Under the pieces are notes generated by a model, which had not been told where the DNA came from, searched no databases, and saw only the letters and a program-made list of their open reading frames with translations. A stretch of 64,000 bases of DNA from a virus. Made by a program: the position numbers and the translations under genes. Below, piece after piece: positions 1-9,747 of this stretch (positions are counted from its first letter, which is position 1; each line of letters opens with the position of its first letter). Location of the stretch: the IMG/VR virus record IMGVR_UViG_3300023176_007894, positions 46,946 through 110,945 of that record; one strand, given 5' to 3'.

Positions 1-1125
1 TCCGAGCAAGTCGAGCTTGTTAAAGCTATGGCTTCGAAAAATAGAGAAGTTGCATATGAAGCTCAAACAGCACTGGCTGAATTTATTGGTCCAGTATTGG
101 CCGAAGTTGTAAACACAGCTCCTACGGTTAGCAATATGTTTACTTCTCTTCAGTTCAATGCAGACGAAAGTCCAAGCATTCCTTTGGATCTTTATCACGA
201 TATTACTGATGAAGACTACATCCAAGTATGGAGTCAATCTGTACCAGGAGGACTTCCTACCAACCAAGTTGCTCCATCGCAAAGCGAGCTTAAGTTCACA
301 ACTTATACTCTTGACAGCGCATTGAGCTTTGATAAGCGTTACGCTTCTCGTTCGAGACTTGATGTTGTTAGTAAAACATTTACCCGTATGGCTCAAGAAA
401 TTCTTCTCAAGCAAGAAAAAACTTCGGCCACTATGGTAATGACTGCTTTGGCTAACGCTTCCACAAACAGCGAGCAACATGTTATCCGTTCTGCTCAAGC
501 AGGAAGGTTCTTGCTTTCCGACCTCAACAAGCTGTTCACTAAATCCAAAAGGATTAATTCCGCTTGGAATGGTGGAACTCCAGCTGAAAGACGCGGTCGT
601 GGAATCACAGATCTGCTTGTTTCGCCAGAGATTGTTGAAGAAATCAGAGGATTGGCTTACAACCCAATCAACACCAAAGGTGCTGATGGAAGTGCTCCAT
701 CTGGCAATACTAATGGTTTGGCTGCATCCGACAGCGTTCGTGACGCAGTTTTCAATAGCGCAGGAATCCCAGAATTCTATGGAGTATCAATCCAAGAGTA
801 CAATGAAATGGGAGATGGCCAAGCATGGAATACTGTATTCTCTGCAGCCGCAGGCTCAACAACATATGCAGATAATTACTCTGTCGCCCAAAACGGTGGT
901 GCAGCACAGGCAATTCAAGCCGGAGAAGAAATTCTTGTCGGTGTTGACTTGTCTCGCGAGTCGATGATTCGTGCAGTTGCTACAGACTCCGAAAATGGAG
1001 CAGAGTTTAATCTCGTCGCGGATGACCAGTTTGCAACTCGTCAGTCGAAAATCGGTTATTACGGATCCCTTGAAGAAGGCCGTATGATTATCGACGACAG
1101 GGTTCTTCTTGGACTTCTTGTTTAA
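1..1125 (+). CDS. Major capsid protein (5'-truncated; frame open from base 1)
   Basis: Frame is open upstream of ATG28 (SEQVELVKAM). Size, composition, C-terminal KIGYYGSLEEGRMIIDDR, a strong terminator and the phage context fit an HK97-fold capsid protein. Confidence 0.75.
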   Translation, partial: SEQVELVKAMASKNREVAYEAQTALAEFIGPVLAEVVNTAPTVSNMFTSLQFNADESPSIPLDLYHDITDEDYIQVWSQSVPGGLPTNQVAPSQSELKFTTYTLDSALSFDKRYASRSRLDVVSKTFTRMAQEILLKQEKTSATMVMTALANASTNSEQHVIRSAQAGRFLLSDLNKLFTKSKRINSAWNGGTPAERRGRGITDLLVSPEIVEEIRGLAYNPINTKGADGSAPSGNTNGLAASDSVRDAVFNSAGIPEFYGVSIQEYNEMGDGQAWNTVFSAAAGSTTYADNYSVAQNGGAAQAIQAGEEILVGVDLSRESMIRAVATDSENGAEFNLVADDQFATRQSKIGYYGSLEEGRMIIDDRVLLGLLV

Positions 1126-1149
1126 TTTTTAATTAAACCAAATCCCCTT

Positions 1150-1182
1150 AAATCCACCCTGGGCAACTGGGGTGGATTTTTT
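1150..1182 (+). terminator. Intrinsic terminator after capsid gene
   Basis: AAATCCACCCTGG-GCAA-CTGGGGTGGATTT hairpin with a GNRA loop, ending in a T-run. Confidence 0.85.
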
Positions 1183-1232
1183 ATTTACAAATGTTATTAT
1201 AATGTGTACTAAAATAAAAGGAATAAGGTATT

Positions 1233-1649
1233 ATGGCAAATCAAAAAAAATCGCGCAAGACTTTGGCTTCGAAGGGCTCGGAAAAAGCTAGCACTCCAAA
1301 GCTTGAAGATCTTCAGCAAACTACAGGCAAAAGCTACGAGGATAAAGTAGCTAGAGCAAAAGAACTGGAAGAAATTCTAGGGATTCCTAAAATAAGCCCA
1401 TTTAAAACTCATGATCGAGAAGTTTTTGCAAGCATGATCAAAGATATGAATTTAACAGATTTACAGGCTTTCGCTGTAAAGGTGGGGATTTTTCCTTCTG
1501 GTAATAAAACAATTTTAAGAAATAAAATCAAAAGGGCTTTTGAGTCTAGTTTGGTTGGACAGGGAAGTGTCCAAGTGATGGGTGATCCAATTAAGTTGGA
1601 CCCGTCCAATCCAGAACACAAGAAAGTTATTGACTATCTAGGAGGATAA
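1233..1649 (+). CDS. Hypothetical protein (head gene region)
   Basis: 138-aa ORF with SD-like AAGGAATAAGG and a GTGTA motif at 1204. Confidence 0.6.
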   Translation: MANQKKSRKTLASKGSEKASTPKLEDLQQTTGKSYEDKVARAKELEEILGIPKISPFKTHDREVFASMIKDMNLTDLQAFAVKVGIFPSGNKTILRNKIKRAFESSLVGQGSVQVMGDPIKLDPSNPEHKKVIDYLGG

Positions 1650-1653
1650 AGTT

Positions 1654-2178
1654 ATGGCTCATGATCCTCATCCAGAAACAATTTTAGGTCAATTGGCATT
1701 AAAGATTTACGATGAAGAAATTGGCCAGTATACCCAAGGAACGGAAAGAACAACTGAAATTGTATTAATTTCTGGATGGCTAGAGGGTCATTTGGGCGAG
1801 CTTAATAATTTGATTTATACTTCTTTTAGTGGAGACAACCCGCAAGGCTTTTTATTGGAAGAGCAAGCTATTATAAGGGAAATGTATGTTTCCGAATATA
1901 ATCGAAAGAAAGAGAGGGCTGCCCTTCGAAGAATGGACGGCGAAGGAGATACCATCAATTGGCAAACTATACAAGAAGGAGATTCTGTTATTAAAAGGCA
2001 AATTGATACATCAAATCCAACCCCAAAGCTCTACCATCAGGCATATCTTGCGTCACAAGAAAGAATGAAAGAGCTAATATATGCTTATAACATGTATAAA
2101 GCAAGTCCAAGACAAATTGTTGGAAAAGATTCTGATGAAGCCCCAAGCATGACGGGCATTTATCAAAAAACTGTGTAA
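1654..2178 (+). CDS. Putative head-completion/neck protein
   Basis: 174 aa, helical, with a beta-hairpin-like WQTIQEGDSVIKR. Function inferred from its position two genes after the capsid. Confidence 0.4.
   Translation: MAHDPHPETILGQLALKIYDEEIGQYTQGTERTTEIVLISGWLEGHLGELNNLIYTSFSGDNPQGFLLEEQAIIREMYVSEYNRKKERAALRRMDGEGDTINWQTIQEGDSVIKRQIDTSNPTPKLYHQAYLASQERMKELIYAYNMYKASPRQIVGKDSDEAPSMTGIYQKTV
2173..2177 (+). promoter_or_regulatory. GTGTA putative late promoter
   Basis: 10 nt before ATG 2188. Confidence 0.6.
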
Positions 2179-2187
2179 ATATATTGT

Positions 2188-2703
2188 ATGGAAGAAAATG
2201 CTAACAATCAAGAATTAGAAAATACATCTAAAAGAATAAAATCCGAGCTATACCATATTTGGAAAAAAGCAAAGAGACTGTTTGAACTAATCGGGCAAGA
2301 CAGAATGCTTGAAGATTGGGTTCAAAAAAATATAAATTCTGCGCACAATAATTTAGATGAAGCTTTAAGGTTTGTTGAGTATGAAGAAATTTTTCCTCAG
2401 AAAAAAAATGAAGACGTTGATCCAGATGAAGGAAAAAATAATTTTCTTTCAAATCAAGACAAAAGGTATCCAGTTCCTGCCGAATCAGAAAACGGAGATC
2501 AATTTATCACTCGTTGCATATTAGATGCAAATATGAAAAAACGATACCCTGTCCAGTCTGATAGGTTCAACGCTTGTATGGTAATTTATACAGAAAATAA
2601 AAATAAACCTTCAGATACCGGAAATCCTGGAGAAAAATTCGAAGACCCTATGTCTTCAAAAGAGCCCGAAATTAAAGATCCGATTAAGCCAATTCTTCCT
2701 TAA
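2188..2703 (+). CDS. Hypothetical phage protein with two small phage domains
   Basis: The LEDWVQKNINSAHNNL helix resembles a domain in 21929..23356. It also has a PVPAESENGDQFITRC...RFNACM motif. Confidence 0.6.
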   Translation: MEENANNQELENTSKRIKSELYHIWKKAKRLFELIGQDRMLEDWVQKNINSAHNNLDEALRFVEYEEIFPQKKNEDVDPDEGKNNFLSNQDKRYPVPAESENGDQFITRCILDANMKKRYPVQSDRFNACMVIYTENKNKPSDTGNPGEKFEDPMSSKEPEIKDPIKPILP

Positions 2704-5170
2704 TTGAATATTTTACCGAGCCCCCGCTAAAACCAAATGAAATAGTTTGATCGTGGGTTAATTTTTTCCCCAAAATTAGCTCCGCCAATTTATTTTCGAT
2801 ATGGGTCTCTATTAGCCTTTTCAGTGGTCTGGCGCCCATTTTTTCTTCAGAAGAAAGATCTATAATCATTTGCACAAAAGATGCAGTCATTTTTATGGAT
2901 ATATTCTTGTTGGATAATTTATCCTCAATTTTACTGATCTCTAATTTTACTATTTTTTTCAGGTCTTCTTTTTTGAATTCTTCGAATACAACAATATCTG
3001 TTAGTCTGTTTATGAATTCTGGCCTAAAGAAACTTTTTAATTCGTCTTTGATTATATTCTGAGGGCGATTTTCTTCTTGTTGCGAAAAACCTATGGCTTG
3101 TTTTGAAAGCTTTTCTCCTCCGACATTGCCTGTTAGTATAATTATACAATTATTAAAATAAACTTTTCGACCAGAGTTATCTGTCACAAAGCCTTCTTCT
3201 AAAATTTGTAATAATATGTTTATTACGTCTGGATGGGCTTTTTCTATTTCATCGAAGAGTACGACACTGTAGGGATTTTTTCTTACTCTTTCTGTTAATA
3301 TACCCCCTTCTTCGTAACCTACATATCCTGGAGAGGCTCCTGTTAGCCTGCTTGCCGTAATTTTTTCAGAATATTCGCTCATATCTAATTGAATAAGATT
3401 TGAGGAGCTGCCATATATAAATTCAGATATGCATTTTGCGGTATATGTTTTTCCTGTTCCTGTTTTTCCAACAAGAAGGAAGCTTCCTACGGGCTTGTTT
3501 TTGTCTTTTAATCCTGACTTTGATCGAAGTATAGCTTGACTCATTTGTTCAAGTGCTTCTGATTGTCCAATAATCCTTGATTTAAGATTTTTGAATAACC
3601 CTAAAATCTTTTTAGAGTCTTTTGCGGACATTTCTGAAGCGGGAACTCCGGTTCTAGAGGATACAACTGCATAAATATCTTCCTTTGATACCTTGAATTT
3701 ATTTTTGATTGTTTCATTGGCCCATTTTGTAATGACCTGATCGTATCTTTCTAATAAAATAATTTGAGTATCTTCAATAATGCTGTAATCTTCATTTGTA
3801 GATTGCATAGTGGATTCTTTCATGGCTAACTTTTCAAGTTCTTTTTCTATGTTAACAGCTTCTTGGGGTCTCTGTATATTTTTAATTTTAACTTTTGACC
3901 CAGCTTGGTCCATGATATCAATTGCTTTATCTGGAAATTGTTTATCTAATATATATTTTTCAGATAGATCGATAATCAAATCTATGATTTCTTTAGAGTA
4001 AGATATGCTGTGGAAGCTTTCGTATTTTTTCTTTACTCCATTTAGTATTTTTCTTGTTTCTTCTTTAGTTGGCTCTTTTACTTTGATGGGTTGAAATCTT
4101 CTGTCCAGCGCTCCGTCTTTCATGATGCTTTTCTTGTACTCTTCTTGAGTGGTCGCTCCAATGCATTTAATTTCTCCTCTTGCAAGCAATGGCTTGAGTA
4201 GATTTGCTGCATCCATGCTACCCTCTGCGCTACCTGCGCCAACTAATGTATGTATTTCATCTATAAATAAAATTATACTCTGGTTCTTTTTTACTTCCTC
4301 TATGATATTTTTAAGCCTCTCTTCGAATTGACCTCTATATTTTGTACCAGCTATTAGTGAGCCTAAATCCAATGAGAATATAATTTTCCCTAAAAGAAAG
4401 TCTGGGCACTCGTTATGTACTATTTTTTGAGCGAGACCTTCTACGATAGCTGTTTTTCCTACCCCTGGATCCCCAAGTAGAATTGGATTATTTTTGGTTC
4501 TTCTGCATAAAATTTCGCAGACGTCACTTATTTCTTGCGTTTTGCCAACTATGTTATCGAATTTTCCCTGAGCTGCCTTTTCGCAGAAGTTGACTCCAAA
4601 TTTGTCGAGTGTGGGCGTATTTGTAGATATTGAGCTAACTTTAATTGATTTTTTAGGGCTAGGCTTTTCTTGTACATTTCTTTCGTTAGAAATATGTAAA
4701 TACTCTCTTACTTCTGCAATGACGTCGTCTTCCGAAGAGTTAAAAAGCCTAAAGTAAAATGGAACAGGAGAGTCTTCATATTTCAAGAGAGCCAATAGCA
4801 TATGTTCTAGACCAACATATTCATGTCCAAGCTTATAGCTTATTGATGCGGCAACTTTCAAAACCAAATGAAAGTGCTCGTCGTAAACGGGCTCATATGA
4901 TTCATCAAATTTGTCAGAATTTTTCTCATCTAAGAATTGCTCTTTGTTTTGGCGCTCGAGGGATTCTATAATTTCTTCCTTTAATGATTTCTGGTCTATA
5001 TTTAATAAATATAAAATCTCACTAAGTATTCCCGCGCTAAGTTTAACCATGCCGTAGAATAAATGTTCTAAGTTTACATAGTCGCTATAATACTCTCTTG
5101 CTATTTTTTTTGCTTCGTTGATTGCCTGTTGCGCTCTTGGCGTAAAGTTTGGCTTAGGTTTCATTGTCAT
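2684..5170 (-). CDS. clpC: ClpC/ClpA-type AAA+ unfoldase (Clp protease ATP-binding subunit)
   Basis: N-terminal Clp repeats (EHLFYGM, EHMLLALL), Walker A GDPGVGKT and GKTGTGKT, Walker B FIDEIH and LFDEIEKAH, short middle coil and IGF loop. The start may be the second Met (5164). Confidence 0.92.
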   Translation of the reverse strand: MTMKPKPNFTPRAQQAINEAKKIAREYYSDYVNLEHLFYGMVKLSAGILSEILYLLNIDQKSLKEEIIESLERQNKEQFLDEKNSDKFDESYEPVYDEHFHLVLKVAASISYKLGHEYVGLEHMLLALLKYEDSPVPFYFRLFNSSEDDVIAEVREYLHISNERNVQEKPSPKKSIKVSSISTNTPTLDKFGVNFCEKAAQGKFDNIVGKTQEISDVCEILCRRTKNNPILLGDPGVGKTAIVEGLAQKIVHNECPDFLLGKIIFSLDLGSLIAGTKYRGQFEERLKNIIEEVKKNQSIILFIDEIHTLVGAGSAEGSMDAANLLKPLLARGEIKCIGATTQEEYKKSIMKDGALDRRFQPIKVKEPTKEETRKILNGVKKKYESFHSISYSKEIIDLIIDLSEKYILDKQFPDKAIDIMDQAGSKVKIKNIQRPQEAVNIEKELEKLAMKESTMQSTNEDYSIIEDTQIILLERYDQVITKWANETIKNKFKVSKEDIYAVVSSRTGVPASEMSAKDSKKILGLFKNLKSRIIGQSEALEQMSQAILRSKSGLKDKNKPVGSFLLVGKTGTGKTYTAKCISEFIYGSSSNLIQLDMSEYSEKITASRLTGASPGYVGYEEGGILTERVRKNPYSVVLFDEIEKAHPDVINILLQILEEGFVTDNSGRKVYFNNCIIILTGNVGGEKLSKQAIGFSQQEENRPQNIIKDELKSFFRPEFINRLTDIVVFEEFKKEDLKKIVKLEISKIEDKLSNKNISIKMTASFVQMIIDLSSEEKMGARPLKRLIETHIENKLAELILGKKLTHDQTISFGFSGGSVKYSIKEELA

Positions 5171-5175
5171 AATTT

Positions 5176-5180
5176 TACAC
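5176..5180 (-). promoter_or_regulatory. GTGTA putative late promoter (clpC)
   Basis: 11 nt before ATG 5164. Confidence 0.6.
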
Positions 5181-7742
5181 TTATTTCACCTCGGACATCT
5201 TCATATAAATTTTTTCGTCCAAAATTTTTATAGAATCAATAAATAATATATCTTCACTTTTTCGTCCATATGTGACTACAATATTCTTTTTTGATGGGGT
5301 TTTGTTTGTCTGTTTTTCAAAATATCTATCATAGAAATTACCTCTTCTTGAGTTTAGGAGCATGGCATCATATCTTCCGCTTTCATCAGATATAGAAAGC
5401 TTCATGTATTTATTACCATTTCGGGAAGTTCGCTTTATGCAGTCTTCAACAACTCCGATAAATCTGCCTTTTTCATCAAGATCCATGATCTTTAGATCTG
5501 ACGAGTCTTTTAGTGAGGAGCTCCCGTCAGAAAAGCAGGTTTTCAATTTCGAACTATGACTGTAGCCTAAAAGCTGAGTTTCAAAATACCAATTTGCGAA
5601 ATGCTCATATTGTCTATTTTTGTCATAAATGCTTTTGTAGACATCGTACTTTTTCTTAAATGTTTTAAATCTAGATTCCTTCATTACTGGCTTGCCGTCA
5701 TCAGCAATTAGATTTTCATTTTTTGCATCGACTATACAGTTGAGGAGCTTATACTCATATTTTTCTCCCAATTGAACAAAATTTCTTTTTTCTCTTTCTG
5801 TAAGTAGATTAAAAGACTGCGCCTCTAGTACCATCAGTGACCTGTTTTTCCCTTTACTGCCTAATGCTCCGGCTTGAATTAATGCAGAAAGAACTCCTAT
5901 ATTGAGCCCTGCCTGTTTCGCGGAGAGAAATATATCATATTTGGTTGGGGTTTCAGAAGACCTAAAGTCTCTAAGTGCTTGCAGGGATTTTTCGCTAACT
6001 CCTTTGATGCTGTTTAGTCCAAACCTAATGTCTTTTCCTTCTATGGAGAAATCCATTTTAGAATTTGCGAGGTCTGGAGATAATAATTTAATATTAAAGG
6101 AGTCTAATTCTTTTGAAATTTTACTTATTTCTTCTTGTGGGGATGGCTCATATTTGGTCATCTTCAATAAAGATAGAAAAAATTGTTGTGGATGATTAAA
6201 TTTAAGGTATGCTGTCCATGCAGCAAGAACAGAATAACTAAGGGAGTGTGATTTATTGAAAGAATAGTTTGCGCTATCCTCTGCGACGCTCCATAATATT
6301 GTTCCAATGTCTGGACTCAGTCCTCGCTCACTTACTTTTTGTTCAATCTTGGCTTTCCAGGCAGGCATTTGATCCACCTTTTTCTTTCCAACAATGCGCC
6401 GAAGCTGCTCTGCTTCATCAAGCGTGAATCCAACCTTCACCGCCATTTGCATAAGCTGCTCTTGATAGAGTGGAATTCCACCTGTATAATCTAATACATC
6501 CGAGAAAAACTCATGAATAACTTGGGCTTCTTCGGTTTCCACATAGGTTGCATAATTGTCTAAAAATTCGAGAGCTCCTGGGCGACCAATCGCTACAACC
6601 GCACTAAGCTGCTCGAGGTTTTGTGGCTTGATTTTCTTGCAAACCCTGTAGTTGGTATCAGATTCTAATTGAAACAATCCGTGAGGTGCTCTTAGGGCCT
6701 GTAATGGCTTGAATACATCTGCGTTATGAAGATCAATGTCATTGCAATCAATTCCAAGGCTTTTGCATACATCATAAATCACACTCAAAGTGCGCAATCC
6801 TAGAATATCAAATTTTACCATCAGCTCCGATACCCAATTCATGTCGTATCCTGTCACCAATGTTCCATCATTTGATGTTTGAATAGGGCAAATGTCCGTC
6901 ATTGTATCAAACGAAATCGCGATTCCGCTTGGGTGAACACCTGTGTTTTTATTTAGCCCTTCAAGTTTCAATGCAATATTAAATACTTCTGGGTTTTGCG
7001 CGGCCCAATCTGTAAACTTTTCGCTTTCTTCAATAGCGTTGCGCAAAGGCACTACCACTCCAAAACGTTTTGGGATTGTGTCACTAACTTCGTTTACTTG
7101 CTGCTCTGTAAATTCCCCAACAATCTTGCCGCATTCCTTCACGCAAAGCTTTCCGCTGAGAGTGTTTAGCGTTAGTATCTTTGCGGTTCTGGCGGGATGC
7201 TTGCGTTCGATATAATCAATAACTTCTGCGCGGCGTTCGTAAGCGATATCGTTATCCACGTCTGCAAGTAAACTGCCATCAAGATATGTGATTCCATCTT
7301 GTTCGATCTTGCGAGCCCTGCTTTTAGAAACGAATCGTTCAAAGAATAGATTATATTCCACAGGATCAACATTTGTTACTCCGATTAAATAGAGTACAAG
7401 AGATCCTGCGGCACTACCACGACCCGGCCCAGTGGGAATATCGTTTTCATGACAAAAATTAAGAATATCCCAGTTTAAAAGAATATAATCAATAAAACCA
7501 AGTTCTTCCAGAATGGCGAGCTCTGATTTTGCGCGATCAAAGTATTCTTTCTTGTTATCAAACTTATCGATTCCGCGATCATAGACGCCCTTGTGGCAGA
7601 GTTTGCGAAGAAACTCGTAGTTGCTCACATCTGGAGAGCACTTAAGCATTTTATAATACTTTTCTTCGATTTTAATGTTAGGCAATCGAACGCCTGGGGG
7701 AACACATCCCTCGTAACTTTTAAATTCTTCGATAAAACTCAT
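5181..7742 (-). CDS. dnaE: DNA polymerase III alpha subunit core (lacks PHP domain)
   Basis: GPGRGSAAGSLVLYLIG, FFERF, DVDND, KFDILGL, YQEQLM, YSFNKSHS and a C-terminal OB fold. Start 7742 overlaps the upstream stop (ATGA). Confidence 0.93.
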   Translation of the reverse strand: MSFIEEFKSYEGCVPPGVRLPNIKIEEKYYKMLKCSPDVSNYEFLRKLCHKGVYDRGIDKFDNKKEYFDRAKSELAILEELGFIDYILLNWDILNFCHENDIPTGPGRGSAAGSLVLYLIGVTNVDPVEYNLFFERFVSKSRARKIEQDGITYLDGSLLADVDNDIAYERRAEVIDYIERKHPARTAKILTLNTLSGKLCVKECGKIVGEFTEQQVNEVSDTIPKRFGVVVPLRNAIEESEKFTDWAAQNPEVFNIALKLEGLNKNTGVHPSGIAISFDTMTDICPIQTSNDGTLVTGYDMNWVSELMVKFDILGLRTLSVIYDVCKSLGIDCNDIDLHNADVFKPLQALRAPHGLFQLESDTNYRVCKKIKPQNLEQLSAVVAIGRPGALEFLDNYATYVETEEAQVIHEFFSDVLDYTGGIPLYQEQLMQMAVKVGFTLDEAEQLRRIVGKKKVDQMPAWKAKIEQKVSERGLSPDIGTILWSVAEDSANYSFNKSHSLSYSVLAAWTAYLKFNHPQQFFLSLLKMTKYEPSPQEEISKISKELDSFNIKLLSPDLANSKMDFSIEGKDIRFGLNSIKGVSEKSLQALRDFRSSETPTKYDIFLSAKQAGLNIGVLSALIQAGALGSKGKNRSLMVLEAQSFNLLTEREKRNFVQLGEKYEYKLLNCIVDAKNENLIADDGKPVMKESRFKTFKKKYDVYKSIYDKNRQYEHFANWYFETQLLGYSHSSKLKTCFSDGSSSLKDSSDLKIMDLDEKGRFIGVVEDCIKRTSRNGNKYMKLSISDESGRYDAMLLNSRRGNFYDRYFEKQTNKTPSKKNIVVTYGRKSEDILFIDSIKILDEKIYMKMSEVK

Positions 7743-8383
7743 ACTTCTACTTCCCATATCATTTTCTTAAATACTTCATAATTGACTCGAATATCATACA
7801 GTGCATCGTGTAATTTTTTCTCATCAAAGTCAACATCAAAATCTTTACAGCACTGTTTTAGATTGCAGCTTAATCCTCTTTCGATGAGATGATTGAGTCG
7901 ATATTGCCATGCCAAAAAGTTGTCATCTTTGTCTAAGCGAATACGTTTCTTGAGGGCTTTTGCAAGACAGAGTGTGTCTACAAGATGTTCAGTATAACTA
8001 AAATCTGTTTTTGCTTTTGGGTTAACGAGCTTACGATGAATGTTATGCATATAAACATCAAAGCCTAGAAGATTGTGTCCAACCTTTAGGTAGCTGTCGT
8101 CGTACAGATATTTCTCGAAGTGATCAAGCGCTGCTTTTGGGCAAGTTGCGCGCTTTTTGTATTTTGCTTCAGTAAAGCCTGTGATTTTCGCAGCATCAGG
8201 AGACACATTGAGCTCATCCCATTTGAGCCAATAATCTTTTTGCTCAACAATCTTGTTGTTTTCGATAACAAGGAATGCGAGTTGCCATGGCTTGTTGTGT
8301 GTAATTAGATTAAGGTTGCAAGTTTCGTAATCAAACAACAGATACTTTTTATTTTTTTGAAATCTAAGCAGTGATTCTTTCAT
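7739..8383 (-). CDS. DEDDh 3'-5' exonuclease (Pol III epsilon-like)
   Basis: ExoI FDYET, ExoII GHNLLGFD, ExoIII HDALYD. Confidence 0.88.
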   Translation of the reverse strand: MKESLLRFQKNKKYLLFDYETCNLNLITHNKPWQLAFLVIENNKIVEQKDYWLKWDELNVSPDAAKITGFTEAKYKKRATCPKAALDHFEKYLYDDSYLKVGHNLLGFDVYMHNIHRKLVNPKAKTDFSYTEHLVDTLCLAKALKKRIRLDKDDNFLAWQYRLNHLIERGLSCNLKQCCKDFDVDFDEKKLHDALYDIRVNYEVFKKMIWEVEV

Positions 8384-8886
8384 TTTAAGTCTGGTCTTTC
8401 TTCGTTGCCATAGTTTATTAATAACTCTTGGCCTTTTTTAATTTTTTGGTTTGTTTTATATCTGAATAAAAAATCTTTGTAGTCTATTGAACAGTCTACG
8501 TTGTTGCGTTCAGAGTGATTATATATCATTCCAAATCCTAAAACAGTTGCGGTAGAAAAAATTTCAGAAATATCTTCGTAACCTAGTTCTTTAATCTCTT
8601 CGAAAAAAGAATTTCGAACTTCTTCATCGTCAATCATCAATTTGAAAAAGCTCTGAAAGTTAAGGCGTTCGTTTTCTTCGTGTGATAGTTTATCATTGTA
8701 GAATAAAGTGAAGACATATCTTGCTAATTCTTTGTCTTGCATGTCTTTCGCGCATCCAGATATTATAAAATGACATTCTTCTATAATCTCTCCCGCGTCT
8801 AAGTCTTGGGCTGCAAAAACGCCCCTTCCTTTTAGGTTTGATTTCTTAACAACAATTTTTGTTGGAGCGATAAGTTCGTCTTTCAT
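8380..8886 (-). CDS. SET-domain lysine methyltransferase
   Basis: KGRGVFA, IYNHS and GQELLINYG motifs. Start 8886 from ATGA overlap. Confidence 0.85.
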   Translation of the reverse strand: MKDELIAPTKIVVKKSNLKGRGVFAAQDLDAGEIIEECHFIISGCAKDMQDKELARYVFTLFYNDKLSHEENERLNFQSFFKLMIDDEEVRNSFFEEIKELGYEDISEIFSTATVLGFGMIYNHSERNNVDCSIDYKDFLFRYKTNQKIKKGQELLINYGNEERPDLK

Positions 8887-9638
8887 ACTTTCTCCTTCCA
8901 GCTTTCGAAGCAAAATTCATTGCTGCCAAAGTGGTCTAAGTTTGGTTTTGATAGTGTTTTGTTTCCAAAGCTCCTTCCAGTTATACATTTATAGGTCTGC
9001 AAGGCGCTGACGTCTTTTTTGTTTTTATAATATATGCTTTTCGTTAGTTCTATTTTAAATTTTTCTCCAGCAAAAGCTCGGACCCTTTCACTTAACATAC
9101 GGTCAAACGGAAGAGAATTATCTTCAATGAAAAATACGGGGTCAAAGTGCGCAAAATTGGGTGTGCAGTTTGCGAATTTCATGGTATTGTTATAAATAAA
9201 CGAATCATAAAATGGTACTGCAAGCATAAGGTCTTTTTTGTTCCAGTGTTTTTTGAGTATTTTCGCATCTACCGAATTAAAATTATCTGTAAAAGCTTCG
9301 CTGAAAATAGAATTTAATCTTTTGCATCCGCTTGAGTTTTTTGCAAAAATAATAATTTTGTGGGCAGATTGATGCGATTCCTCTTTCGGGTTGACAGAAG
9401 CATTTTCTCTCATGTCTATGCGCAGCCCAAATATCAATTTAATATCCATTGATGACGCTATCTTGTTTGCTTGCAAGAATCCAGTAAGAGAATCTTCTAC
9501 TAAAATAACCTCTTTTAATCCGTTTTCTTTGGCGATTGAAAAAATACTATCTGCACCGCCTTCTTTCTGTGTAATTGGATTATCCAGAGTTAATATGCTT
9601 TTGCCGATAGAGAAGTGACTTTTAAATAACGCTAACAT
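8883..9638 (-). CDS. Stand-alone PHP domain of DNA polymerase III alpha
   Basis: FKSHFSIGKSIL, IKLIFGLRI and IIFAKNSSGCKRL match the DnaE N-terminal PHP domain. ATG 9638 is 7 nt after a -10 box. Confidence 0.8.
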   Translation of the reverse strand: MLALFKSHFSIGKSILTLDNPITQKEGGADSIFSIAKENGLKEVILVEDSLTGFLQANKIASSMDIKLIFGLRIDMRENASVNPKEESHQSAHKIIIFAKNSSGCKRLNSIFSEAFTDNFNSVDAKILKKHWNKKDLMLAVPFYDSFIYNNTMKFANCTPNFAHFDPVFFIEDNSLPFDRMLSERVRAFAGEKFKIELTKSIYYKNKKDVSALQTYKCITGRSFGNKTLSKPNLDHFGSNEFCFESWKEKV

Positions 9639-9645
9639 GGCATAT

Positions 9646-9674
9646 ATACTAACAGAAAAACAATTTCCTGTCAA
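9646..9674 (-). promoter_or_regulatory. sigma70 promoter of Pol III operon (leaderless)
   Basis: TTGACA-17-TAGTAT-7 nt-ATG. Confidence 0.8.
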
Positions 9675-9707
9675 GGAATAAAAGTTATTCACGAGGTGCG
9701 ATAAATG

Positions 9708-9736
9708 TTGACAGTATCGCTGTGGGATGTTATTAT
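9708..9736 (+). promoter_or_regulatory. sigma70 promoter of nrdA
   Basis: TTGACA-17-TATTAT with extended TG; ATG 11 nt downstream. Confidence 0.8.
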
Positions 9737-9747
9737 TTTAGAGTTAT

